Shown piece by piece: positions 10,510 to 21,000 of a stretch of 64,000 nt of DNA (positions within the stretch are counted from its first letter, which is position 1; every line of letters begins with the position of its first letter). Under the pieces are notes generated by a model that was not told the origin of the DNA, searched no databases, and saw only the letters and a list, made by a program, of their open reading frames with translations. Source of the DNA: Bacillota bacterium (GTDB lineage Bacteria; Bacillota; DTU025); NCBI GenBank assembly GCA_050951805.1, contig JBMNJT010000003.1:1-64000 (forward strand), written 5' to 3'. The position numbers were made by a program, and so were the translations under genes.

Positions 10510-11754
10510 ATGAGGACCCAAGAGACCAGAGTTTCCAGCCTGAATGCAGGCCTGTCATTGCTAACGCTTGCGTCGGTCTTCATTGGACTGCTTGTTTTCG
10601 GCGATGCGTGGGCATCGCACGATCTGGGGCGCTTCAGCTTCTCATCACTGCAATCAACAGTCCAAGCCGAACCGAGTGGCGTGGCTGTGGAGATAGGGGA
10701 TGTGACTACTGATGTTCGTTCGTTAATCACAGTTGAAGTGTGTGGGATGGCTGTAGCGCCCGACGGGATCGTGTGGGGCTGGGGAGACAGTTATTGGGGT
10801 CAACTACTCTTGAAGTGGGGAAATTGGTGTAGGCGTCCGAGGCCCATTCCGGGCTTGCCCAAGGCCAAGGCTGTGTCGATAGGCATCTCGAAGAACCTGC
10901 TTCTTGGCTTGGACGAAAGCGTATGGACATGGGGCGACTATCCAGAAGGTAACTGGAACCGCAGCCAGCCAAGGCGAGTTGCCGGACTTCCTCCCATGTC
11001 TGCCATTGATGCCGGTGGAGGTCATTGCATGGCGCTGACTTCCGAAGGCGTTGTATGGACATGGGGGGGCAATCGTTGGGGGCAACTTGGAGATGGGAGC
11101 ACGGCTACACGCGAGGTTCCTCAGCCAGTAGCCGAGCTTTCTGGGGTAGTGGACATATCGGCTGGATGCTCCCATTCACTTGCTCTCTGCAACGACGGGT
11201 CGGTCTGGGCGTGGGGAGATTGTGTCGGCGCCGAGGCTGACGCTGAATCAAGCGGCTCTCCTATGCCTTCAAGGGTTGAGGGCCTACCGCGCGCTGTGCG
11301 AGTCGAGGCCGGAGCAGGTTTCTCGATGGCTCTCACGGCAGATGGCGAGGTGTGGATGTGGGGCGCTTCATCATCGTCTTTGGCGCGCGTGAGCGATGAG
11401 ATCACGATGGTCCCGAGGCGGGTTCAAGGTCTCCCGCCAGCAATAGGAATCAGCGCAGGCGCCGGACATTGTCTAGTGGTCACGGCTGATGGAACAGTAT
11501 GGGCATGGGGAGATAACTCCTTCGGGGTATTGGGCGATGGGACTGAGAAGAGCCGAGCTACGCCGAAACCAGTGCCTGGTATATCCGGCGCAGTGGCAGT
11601 GGCCGCAGGCCTGCACCTTTCGGCCTGTGTGACATCGGATGGCTCGGTATGGGAGTGGGGTCTGGCTGATCGCGGTTTGTTAGGAGACTATCGGGGCTGC
11701 CTGCTGCCCCGCAAAGTCAGAGTGCCGTTGTTGACATATACCAGGGATGGATGA
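10510..11754 (+). CDS. Exported RCC1/BLIP-II repeat beta-propeller protein
   Basis: About 7 repeats such as AIDAGGGHCMALTSEGVVWTWGGNRWGQLGDG; aggagg RBS before ATG 10510; N-terminal hydrophobic signal; the ORF is open upstream to 10066. Confidence 0.9.
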   Translation: MRTQETRVSSLNAGLSLLTLASVFIGLLVFGDAWASHDLGRFSFSSLQSTVQAEPSGVAVEIGDVTTDVRSLITVEVCGMAVAPDGIVWGWGDSYWGQLLLKWGNWCRRPRPIPGLPKAKAVSIGISKNLLLGLDESVWTWGDYPEGNWNRSQPRRVAGLPPMSAIDAGGGHCMALTSEGVVWTWGGNRWGQLGDGSTATREVPQPVAELSGVVDISAGCSHSLALCNDGSVWAWGDCVGAEADAESSGSPMPSRVEGLPRAVRVEAGAGFSMALTADGEVWMWGASSSSLARVSDEITMVPRRVQGLPPAIGISAGAGHCLVVTADGTVWAWGDNSFGVLGDGTEKSRATPKPVPGISGAVAVAAGLHLSACVTSDGSVWEWGLADRGLLGDYRGCLLPRKVRVPLLTYTRDG

Positions 11755-12379
11755 GCTTTGAGACTAAGCTGTGATAGCGGCTGGGCGGAAACATCGGCGC
11801 GGGCAGGCTTGTCTTGAAGGCGAGGTTGAAGATGGTCTCCGAGTGCGAGGCCCGCGAGTTCTTTGCCCTGGCGGGCACCGCCCTGCGGCGCGACGCCGAG
11901 GACTTCGGCAAACAGACGGGGACAGTTGAGTTGAGGTGTGATCATGACAACTAAAGAATCGGCAAGGGGGGGTCAAGATACTGGGTGTGCGTGCATTTGG
12001 GTGATGCGGAGTCGCCCGAGGTTCCGGACGCTTCATTTGAGACTCCGAAAGAGTGCGGGAAATATGAAGAGGTGTTTGGGTATATTCATCCTGCCTGCTC
12101 ATTCTTGCGGCCTATCTTACCTCGTTCGGCATCACGGAGGATAATTCTACCGTTGGCGGTGAGTCCTGATCAAGGATAACGCCTTGGGACTGACGAAGTT
12201 CAAGAGCGCAGAAGGCGTATAGGTATGTTTTGGGCTGCCAAGGGGCTTAGTACACAGCCCAGGTGGCGCAGCTGATTGGAGGCCTCGGGGCCGGACAGAA
12301 TGGCCGAGCGTCTCCCAATCCAGCGGATGCATCAGGGGTTGCAGCTGAGGCTTGCCATTGAGCGGTTAATCGCCTCCAT

Positions 12380-13330
12380 TTGGAAGCCGCATCAATCGGG
12401 TGCATGAAGGGATGGGAACATCACAAAAAATCGGCGCAAAGCGGGAAGAACGTCACAACCGTGCACTCCGGGAATGATGTAGCGCATATGGCTCGAAAGA
12501 CCCTTTGGCAGGAGCAAGGAGACGTTGGATCTGTGGCCGTGGGCAGACCCGGCATTCCTCCGGGAGAAACAGCAGTAGCAATGTACGAGGCCAGCTGCCA
12601 TGGGGATGAACCCTGTCGCGCGTGGCTGCGAAGTCTGGAATTCCAGCAGAAGAACACCCAAGTAACGTTTGAAAGCACGCATTCTTGCAGACACACCTCA
12701 ACGATCAGCCACGACTTGGCGCAGCGCTTAGAAGGGTTGAGCCCAGGTGTTCAAGCGATAGCGTGGAAAGCTCAGATCAGGTTGCATAAGAAACACGTGC
12801 AGGTTGTTTCAAGAGGCAAGAGCTATTCAGTTGCTTTGGTGGCAGTTACCCGCGAATTCCTGAGCTTCGTCTGGGCAACAGCGCAACAGGTTAACCGCGA
12901 AGTGGCAGATGGCCGCAGGGCGGCGAAAACTATAATCTTGCACACCGAGGCAATTAGGCGAAACCTGTGTGATCTCAGGGCAACGTAGTTTCCTACGGGC
13001 AATACTCAGGGAGCAAATGCATAGTTTCCTATTGACGCCAAGGTTTCGGTAGAAGGATGCCTATGAACCAGAAGTTGGTAAGGACAATCCACGAAAAAGT
13101 CATGCGCAACGTTGATAGAGGCGTTACGTGCGAATCTAGTGTGAGCGAGCTCCAGACGGTGGTATTGGTGGCGGTAACCAACCCGCAGACATGAGACTGC
13201 CAACCGTTGACGAAAAGAGCATATTTGGGACCGCTACTACCGAAGCAAGAATCGGGGCTTGACGGCCTCGTCTATATGAACTCTTGGTTACTTGAGATTC
13301 GCTCCTGACTAAGAAGTAGACAGGGGGCGT
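12380..13330 (+). mobile_element. IS110-family remnant: internally deleted transposase plus long 3' non-coding end
   Basis: HKKS and AMYEAS resemble the RuvC-like N-terminus; AIAWKAQIRLHKK..RGKSYSVALVAVTREFLSFVWA is a typical IS110 C-terminus; only about 200 aa remain; boundaries approximate. Confidence 0.7.
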
Positions 13331-13820
13331 CCGGAATTCAGACAGCGAAGGGCTTGGGCTAGTCATGACCCCGTGAATGTACGCTCATGCTCCATTTCTA
13401 TTGTATTATGCATGGTCTTCTTTCACGTTGCCCCTATACATCGGCGTGTAGGGGCTTTCTGCATCGATTTCTGCGCGAAAATGACTAGAGGTGGATTAGG
13501 CTCTATCTGAAATCTGAGCATTTTGGTTTCGGACGTGATTAGAACTTAGACACCTTGCTGTAATCGCTAGATCCCTGCAAGAAGTCCCGATTCTCCGCCG
13601 CATGTCTTCTTCCGTTTTCAAGGAATCTGCTGTAGACCCTCACGTGCCAACTGGTCTCTAATATTATCCATAAATGGTCAACCTCCTCAATGGAAGTATT
13701 GTCCATTTACATAAGATATATTACAGATTCAAAGAATCCAGTGGTTTCGGCAAGCCCGGTCGATCAGGTCGGAGCGAAGCGACGCGCGGCATGAAATCGC
13801 GACTCTTGGTTAGTGATTCG

Positions 13821-14555
13821 CTATGATCTCTGTTCTGCCTTCCTCATCGACTCCCCTTTCAGATGTATTCTATGTGAACTATGGACCAGACGGTCGAGGA
13901 CTGCGTCGGCCACAGATGGATCGATGATTGATGCGTGCCAGTCTTCAACAGGAAGTTGGCTGGCGATTATCGTGGATGACAGCTGGCTGCGATCGTCGAT
14001 GATCTCCAGGATGTCGCGGCTTTCCACAGGACTCAGCGGTGCCGTTCCCCAGTCGTCCAGGATAAGCAAACGTATCTTGGAGAGCCTGACCAGCATTTTG
14101 GGATACGATCCGTCTCCGCGGGCAATGGCCAGTTCAGGTAGGAGGCGCGGCACTCTGTAGCACCGCGCACTGAACCCGTGGCGACAGGCGGAGTGGGCCA
14201 GAGCGCAGGCTATGAATGTTTTGCCCACGCCCGTAGGCCCAGTGATTAGGACATTCTGCGAGCCTCTAATCCAATCGCAAGTGGCAAGGTGAACCACGAG
14301 GTTTCGATCCAGGCCGCGTGGCTGCCGATAATTAATATCTTCTACGCATGCCGGAAGACGCAGCTTGGCCGCCTTGAGCAGACGGGCCAGCCGCCTGTTT
14401 TGCCGGTATGTCCATTCCTGGTCAACCATCAGGCTGAAGCGCTCGTCGAAGGACAATTCATCTATGTTGGGTCTTTTCCTTTGCGACGAGTACGCCTCGC
14501 CCATCCCAGTCGGGCGCATGTCGTTTAGCCGTGTTATGGTGTGTTCAATCAACAC
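13821..14555 (-). CDS. istB: IS21 helper ATPase IstB
   Basis: aggagg RBS and GTG at 14555; GPTGVGKT Walker A, LLILDDWG Walker B, ADAVLDRLVH, GESMRK. Confidence 0.9.
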   Translation of the reverse strand: MLIEHTITRLNDMRPTGMGEAYSSQRKRPNIDELSFDERFSLMVDQEWTYRQNRRLARLLKAAKLRLPACVEDINYRQPRGLDRNLVVHLATCDWIRGSQNVLITGPTGVGKTFIACALAHSACRHGFSARCYRVPRLLPELAIARGDGSYPKMLVRLSKIRLLILDDWGTAPLSPVESRDILEIIDDRSQLSSTIIASQLPVEDWHASIIDPSVADAVLDRLVHSSHRIHLKGESMRKAEQRS

Positions 14556-15825
14556 TTTGTCAGTCCTCCTAGGTGAAGTAGCCTGGACCCCGGACGTTTC
14601 GATGGGCGGGCATCGACTCGGGCGATGGCTTGGCTCTGTTGTGACCCGGCCTCGGCCAAAGGCCCTATGATGGATTGCCACTCTATGGCCGCGATTGAAT
14701 ACCTCCACAGTCTTTGCAGTCAGGCGAACATCGAGTTCGCGGCCTATGAGGCTATGAGGGACGCTGTACAGGTTGTGGTCGACTGTAATGTGATGGTCTA
14801 TGTTCACAGTTGCCTTTCTCCATTCGGCGAACACGTAGCGTGTCTCGGGAAGAGGCCTGAGAGCCGGCCTATCTATCTGCTCGTACAGAGACCTGCGCGT
14901 TCCATCCATCTTCTGAAAGGGTTTGTTGTTCAGCACATCCAGCTTTTCGCGGATAGCACCGTTCAGCTGGTGTAGGCCAAAGAAGGTGATGTTGCGTATC
15001 GCGGCTAGTATCCACCCCTCTACGACCTGGACTCCCTTCTCAACCTTTGCCTTGTCTCTCGGCTTGCGGGGCCGCGCAGGAATGACCACCGCTCCGTAGT
15101 ATTCGGCCATCTCGCTGTACGTGGGGTTTATGTCCGGCTCGTAGCGACAAGTCCTCGATACTCCGGCCTTTAGATTATCAGGCACCCAGATCTCTGCCGA
15201 CCCCTCAAAAAACTCCAGAGCATTGCGGGTTAAGGCCACCCATGATTCCAAATCCTGCGCCATCGTAGCTTCTGCTATATGTGTAGTTGCTCGCTCCCAA
15301 CACTGCAACGTACACGTACGCGTGCTCGATTTCGCCCGAGACAGGATCCACTATTGGCACGGTCTCTCCAGCGAAGTCCACGAACATCTTCTCCCCAGCC
15401 CGATGTGTCTGCCGCATCATGACGTCAAGCTTGCGTACCCATTCGCGATAGTGGGCGCAGAATTGGCTGTACTGGATCCCATCGGGGTTTGCCTGCTTGT
15501 ATTCATACCACAGAAGCTGCAGAGTAACGGATTTCTTGCGTTTGAGCTCTCGGTGAACCTGTTCCCATTCCGGCATAGGCCTGCCCCTGGGCTTGCCCGT
15601 GTTGCCCGCATAGAGCAGTTGTTCCACATCGTCCCAAGTCATGTTATCTGGGATCGGCCAACCGAGCCCAGCGCCCTCGGCTCTCCTCAGCACATCGCCG
15701 ACCGTGCTGTGGGCAATCTGCAGGCTTTCGGCAATTTGGCGACGGCTCAACCCCATCTGGTGATAAAGCCTGAGAATCTCCCTAATCTTGCGCATCGACA
15801 ACCTCCTATTTGCCACGGCCTTCAA
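14556..15825 (-). pseudogene. istA: IS21 transposase IstA, frameshifted near 15270 and C-terminally deleted
   Basis: MRKIREILRL HTH, GEKMFVDFAG, VPDNLK, PRDKAKVE are split over two frames; runs into istB without the usual C-terminal region. Confidence 0.85.
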
Positions 15826-16482
15826 TCACCCTCCCAAGAACATCTTGTTTGCGGGAGTTCGGTGATTCTATGTAGCGATCCTGTGGCATAGTTGCCGGCG
15901 CACTTCAGCTCCGAATCTAAGCCGTTGCCCTGGACGGTTTGCCCCGGAATCGGTGGACGAATTGGACCGGAATATGCATCACCTGGAGCATGACCAGAGC
16001 CAGCGCTGTCGGCCCACTTTACATGTGCGGAGCTATGGAGCTAAGCAAGTCACAAAGAGCATCCTATCCTAGTCAAGTGGCTGAGACCTGAACAGTAGGT
16101 AAGACAGACTCAGGATCGCACAGAAACGTATCGAGACTTACTGAGATCCCAATAGTGACGAGCATCGGCAACTGGGACTTGCTTTGCCTATCAGCGATTC
16201 TAAACAAATCCTCCTAAGGCAGCCAGCAGGTCAACGGGACATCGGAAGCTCCCACGTTATCGGAATGATGTGGCTGGACCAGGTAAGGGTGAGACAGCGT
16301 CGGATATTGCGGGTATATATGTAAATCGGTCGGTACACACATGGTGTGTATGAGGGAGGAGTTCCTTGATTCGTAGCGAATTATGGAAAGACTAGACAAT
16401 ACAGCCGCGAATTGGGCAAGAAACTACCGTCTTCTACGTGTCAGAGCAACGAGCATGTGGCTGTAGGCGTGAGGTAGAGAAT

Positions 16483-18003
16483 ATGAGAAAGGCGTTTTTC
16501 GGCGACTTTGCGACTGGCCATTTCCAGCTTCCAAGAGTGTTGTTGCTCCGTCGGCGCATTACCGCTATCCTGCTTGCATGCATCTGCTCACTATGTTGCA
16601 TGACCGTTCGTGTTCATGCGACATCAACATGTCTATCTGAACAAGGTTGTGCTCTCGTATCAATAGACGCCGTTTCTCAGGATGTGAAGATCGTCATAGC
16701 CCAGCTTGCAGCCTCTGCAGGCGTGAATGTGGTCATTGACGACTCAATCGCAGCGAGAGTGACGGTGCATCTAGCTGATGTTCCGTTCGACTACGCCATC
16801 GAAACAATAGCCTGCGCCGCAGGGGCCGATATTGCTATCAACAGAGGGCTATACATCCTGACGAATTTGCGCGCCCACTACGCCCAGCCTCAGGTTGCGA
16901 CTGAACAGACGGTGTCGCAGATTGTGGATGTTTCTGGCTTGGATTTCTCCTTGGCTCTAAGGCTTGTGCATACAGTGGCGGAAGAGCTCGAGGTTGAGCC
17001 GTTTCCGGAGCTTGGCGCGGTGATGATGCGTGGACCATACAGTCAGGTAAACGCGGCCAAAGCGGCGATTGACGGATACCTGAGGTCTGCTTCATCGTAC
17101 CGCCAGATCGATCCGGAGAGCTTCCGGTTAATGAGGCTGGCGTATGCTGACGCCTCGGAAGTGTCGATGTCGCTTCAGGGACAGTTTCATTCGGTTCGCA
17201 TAGTGCCGGCAAGAGGGGAGAACGCCATCTTGCTGACCGGGTCGGCCAAGCAGGTAGAGCTGGCCGCGGCAGCTGCTGAAGAGCTTGACCGCGTCCCTGC
17301 GCTATTGTCGTTCGACGCGGAGATCCTGGAGGTTAACTCTGATGACATGGACTCGTTCGGGATTGACTGGCAAAACAATCAGGGCCAGCCCATGTTGACG
17401 CTCACGTTCCGTGAGATGGATTCTCCGATCATTCCGGGTTCTCCTCCGCCGGGCGATGTCTTCGCCGCTAGGCCTTGGATCAGGAGCTCGCTGCAGGTTG
17501 TGAGCCAGGTCAGGCTTCTTGAGAGCGAGGGAAAGGCCAAGGTGCTTGCCCGTCCCAGCATAACGACGCTGGAGAACAGAACAGCAAGAATCGTTACTGG
17601 CGACAGGTACACCATTGTCATCAATCAGACAAGCGGCGGGAGCGCGTGGCAGCAGCTTCAGTACATAGATTCAGGGGTTCAACTGGAGCTTACGGCCAGA
17701 CTTGATCCTGCCGGATGTATTGTTGTTGCCTTGAGCCCTCGAATAACTGCGGTCACCGGGTTTTCGCGGGAGGGTTATCCGGTGTTGAGCACGAGAGAAG
17801 CGCAGACCACTGTTAGGCTTCGCGATGGTGAGACGCTGGCCATCGGCGGCCTCATAAGGGACGAGTCGAGCGAAGTTCAGAGCGGGCTTCCCGGGCTATC
17901 GTCTCTCGGGCTAATAGGCCGTCTTTTCGGATCCCAGAGCAAACAGGCAAAACGCACCGAGGTGGTCATTCTGTTGACTCCAAGGGTAGTGAGCCCAGAA
18001 TAA
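16483..18003 (+). CDS. Outer-membrane secretin (GspD/PilQ superfamily)
   Basis: Signal-like segment; N0-like AGVNVVIDDSIAARVTVHLADVPFDYAI; N3-like LAYADASEV..ENAILLTG..ELD; C-domain EGKAKVLARPSITTLEN, TTVRLRDGETLAIGGLI, GLPGLSSLGLIGRLF, EVVILLTPRVV. Confidence 0.95.
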   Translation: MRKAFFGDFATGHFQLPRVLLLRRRITAILLACICSLCCMTVRVHATSTCLSEQGCALVSIDAVSQDVKIVIAQLAASAGVNVVIDDSIAARVTVHLADVPFDYAIETIACAAGADIAINRGLYILTNLRAHYAQPQVATEQTVSQIVDVSGLDFSLALRLVHTVAEELEVEPFPELGAVMMRGPYSQVNAAKAAIDGYLRSASSYRQIDPESFRLMRLAYADASEVSMSLQGQFHSVRIVPARGENAILLTGSAKQVELAAAAAEELDRVPALLSFDAEILEVNSDDMDSFGIDWQNNQGQPMLTLTFREMDSPIIPGSPPPGDVFAARPWIRSSLQVVSQVRLLESEGKAKVLARPSITTLENRTARIVTGDRYTIVINQTSGGSAWQQLQYIDSGVQLELTARLDPAGCIVVALSPRITAVTGFSREGYPVLSTREAQTTVRLRDGETLAIGGLIRDESSEVQSGLPGLSSLGLIGRLFGSQSKQAKRTEVVILLTPRVVSPE

Positions 18004-18014
18004 GGATATAGGGA

Positions 18015-21000
18015 GTGGTCGACATGGCGAGGAAGCGAGATATGAGGTTGCAGGTCCTCCTGGTCATAGCATTACTGCTCGTTCTGTCGGGTTTTGCAGC
18101 CCGTTGCGCGGCTGCTGAGCCTTTGCCGGGCGACCCTGATGCAACCTGGACTAGATACATCACTCGCGAGTACGGCATAGAAGCGCAAGAGCTCGGCGGC
18201 CTGCGCAGGGCAGGCATGACATGGCCAAGCATCGCCGCCTATCTTGAGACCTTGTATCCTCATGAAACCATTGTGATGGACACAGATGACTTTGTGGAGC
18301 TCGCCTCGGGCAGCGGCATTACCCCATTTGAGTCTATCGAAACCTACAAGCGGGCCTTGAGCCACCAGACGGATCCCTCATGGTTGGCCAACTTGTATGC
18401 TGAGACTGGCAGTTGGGGGAGGATTGAGAGCGCCTTTGACAATAGAAAGCAGGCATACAGCCTGATAGATCAAGACGCTTTCGTGAGCAGTTCTGCGGCT
18501 GTGCCCCCGCAATCAATGGGCGAGGCCCTGTCGCCGCTCTATGGCGTATCGGCGGATTCTTTTGATACAGCAATCAGGCTAGGCATGGATACCGAGGACA
18601 TAGTTGATACGATGTTCATGGTAGAACTTGTATCAGAGGATGACATGGAGAAGACAGCCAATTTCAATGAGGCCGTCTACGCTAGTCGGCAGTTGGCGCC
18701 TGAGCTTTTGCCGCTAAGGCAGCGTTGGCCGGTCCGCGAGTTTCCAAGAGAGCTTTTGCCTCTCGTGCCCCCATCTGGCGTACAGGGTGCGGCTGCGCGG
18801 CAGCTGCCGACCGCGAGGCCAATCTCATCGGGACATATTCCCAAGGGGATGTCGGCGGCTGGCGCTGGATCAAATTCATCCATCGTCGATCCGAGCATAC
18901 TCTATGGCACAGAGAGGGTATCGCCTTTCAAGGCCTACTTCGAGGGCTTTGCGGAGCGAGTGGATCCATCTTCAGGAGCCCTCGTTGTCCGCCAAACCGA
19001 CTTTGTTCTGCCGGGGCGCGCTGGCCTCGACTTCGCCTTGACTCGAGTCTACAATAGTGGGCTGGCGAGTTTTGACATCCCGCGCACTAAAATTAGAGGG
19101 ATTCGGGACAGGAGCGGATCGACTGACTGGGAAGTATGGGGAGAGAAGATCCCCAACGCGTTTTTGGAGAAGCGCTTTGGAATCGGAGTAGGATGGCGTC
19201 TGGCGTTTCCAACCATCGAGTTTACTGACGGGCAGAAGTATCTGCACATGGATGATGGCGGCGTCTACAAGATTGGGGGAGGAAACTACGACGACGTAGG
19301 CTACTATCTGGTGGATTACGGTGTTCAGGATATGGTGTTCAGCGAGGATAAGTCTTATACGAGTCCCCTGGATGGCGCCGTATCCATGTACAAGCTCAGG
19401 CGCAAAGATGGAGTGGAATGGCTGTTTGGCTCGGATGGACGGCTGCTTTGCGTCAGGGATCGGTTTGGCAACGAGATCAAGTTCCAGTGCCAGGCCCCAT
19501 CGGGTGGGCTTGCCAGGATAGTGAAGGCGGTCGATACGGTCGGTCGACAGATTCTCTTCACCTACCAGGCAGATCAGGTTGTTGTGACTGTCATCCCTGG
19601 GGACGCATCATCGGCATCGACGTGGACGTACAAGCTGGAGTCAGCGGGTGGAAACCATTCCGACAGAATGAAGCTTGCCGCGGTCATTCCTCCGGCTGGT
19701 CGAGCGGTGTCCTACGAATATTCCACTGACGGCACAACGTTTACGCCGCATGTCCCTGGTGCAGGCACAGGCAGCCCAGTAACCCTGGATTATCTCAATC
19801 TTGTAACCATACACCATCAAGGCGAGGCCAGGTTCAACAAATCACCAGGGCATACGGCGCAATCATGCTACGAGTACGAGGCCTCGCACAAGAGCATGAA
19901 TAGTGGCGACCCCTCGAAATCCGACCCGTCGCAGCTGGGGTATTATCGCGTCGTGCGACGCTTTGACCTCGTGCCAACCGTGGATTTGTCGGGTGGACAG
20001 CCCTCCTCTGTGATCAGGCGCGAAGGCGAAGCCGAATTCGTCTATGCCGACTGGAATCGATCCACGCTGAGATACGGATGCACTCGAATCGCGCAAATGG
20101 CTGCGGGGGAGGCAGGCATCGCGCCTGCCAGAGAGTCTTGGCAATTCGACAAGAAACATAGGCTGATTACGCACGAGACTACGGGAGCCGACAGCGGAGA
20201 GAACCGCGGTCTTGAAGAGAAGATCTCAATCTCCTACAGTTATCTTGGCGACGATGACAAGCTGATAAGCAAGGAAGAGAAGGCCATCAGCGTCGGATCC
20301 GCCGAGCGTAGTGAGAATACCCAGTATATCTGGGACGGAGTGGGAAACCTCTTGGTCACTATAGACCCTGCCAACAGGAGGATAGAGAGGTGGTACGACC
20401 AGCGGTATTCTTTGCTAACCATGCAGGCTGAAGAGACAGTTGCTCCGAATGGATCCAAAGCCGCCCGCGTGCAGGAATACAAGTTGACTCCGGACAAAAG
20501 GGCGGTTAAAGAAGAGTGGGCATACATGGCTCTGCCTTCCACAGGCGGAACAACGAACTATTCAGCGGAGATCATGCGATCGGATGTTCCACAGGGCAGC
20601 TTCTGGACATGGTCGCCCTCAGGGGCCATCACGAACGCTAGGATTGATATCAGATGGTACAACAAAGGGTTTTGGCTAGATGCGGCGGAGTACACCATAT
20701 ACTACCGCGAATCCGGCGCCAGCCGATGGACCAGATACGCATCCAAGCGCCATCAGCATTTCCGGCGCGGCGGGGGAACCGACACCTGGAACATAGCGTT
20801 ATCGTCAACGCCCAAGCGGTACGACATAAAAGTGCAAGTGCGGCTATCTCCCATATGGATTTCGTCCGCTTCAGCGGTGGGCCCAGGCCCTGCGTGGATG
20901 CCGAGAAATGCAGGGGAGATATCCAAGCAGAGGTTCGAATATCACTCTCTCTACCCGTGGCTTCCAACCAAATCCTCTGTTCTCGGCTTCGGATCCTCAG

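Larger units (their letters stand above)
13750..15978 (-). mobile_element. IS21-family element, defective
   Basis: Left end TGCATATTCCGG at 15978 with internal sub-repeats; istA and istB homologs; right end not clearly seen. Confidence 0.85.

Noticed and set aside
11755-12379. Short ORFs and a GC-rich fragment between the RCC1 gene and IS110
   Set aside because: No recognisable motif or consistent frame; could not support a call
13331-13749. Minus-strand gaggagg RBS plus ATG near 13672 and a small hairpin at 13431-13453
   Set aside because: The ORF stops after about 17 codons; probably a gene relic with nothing identifiable
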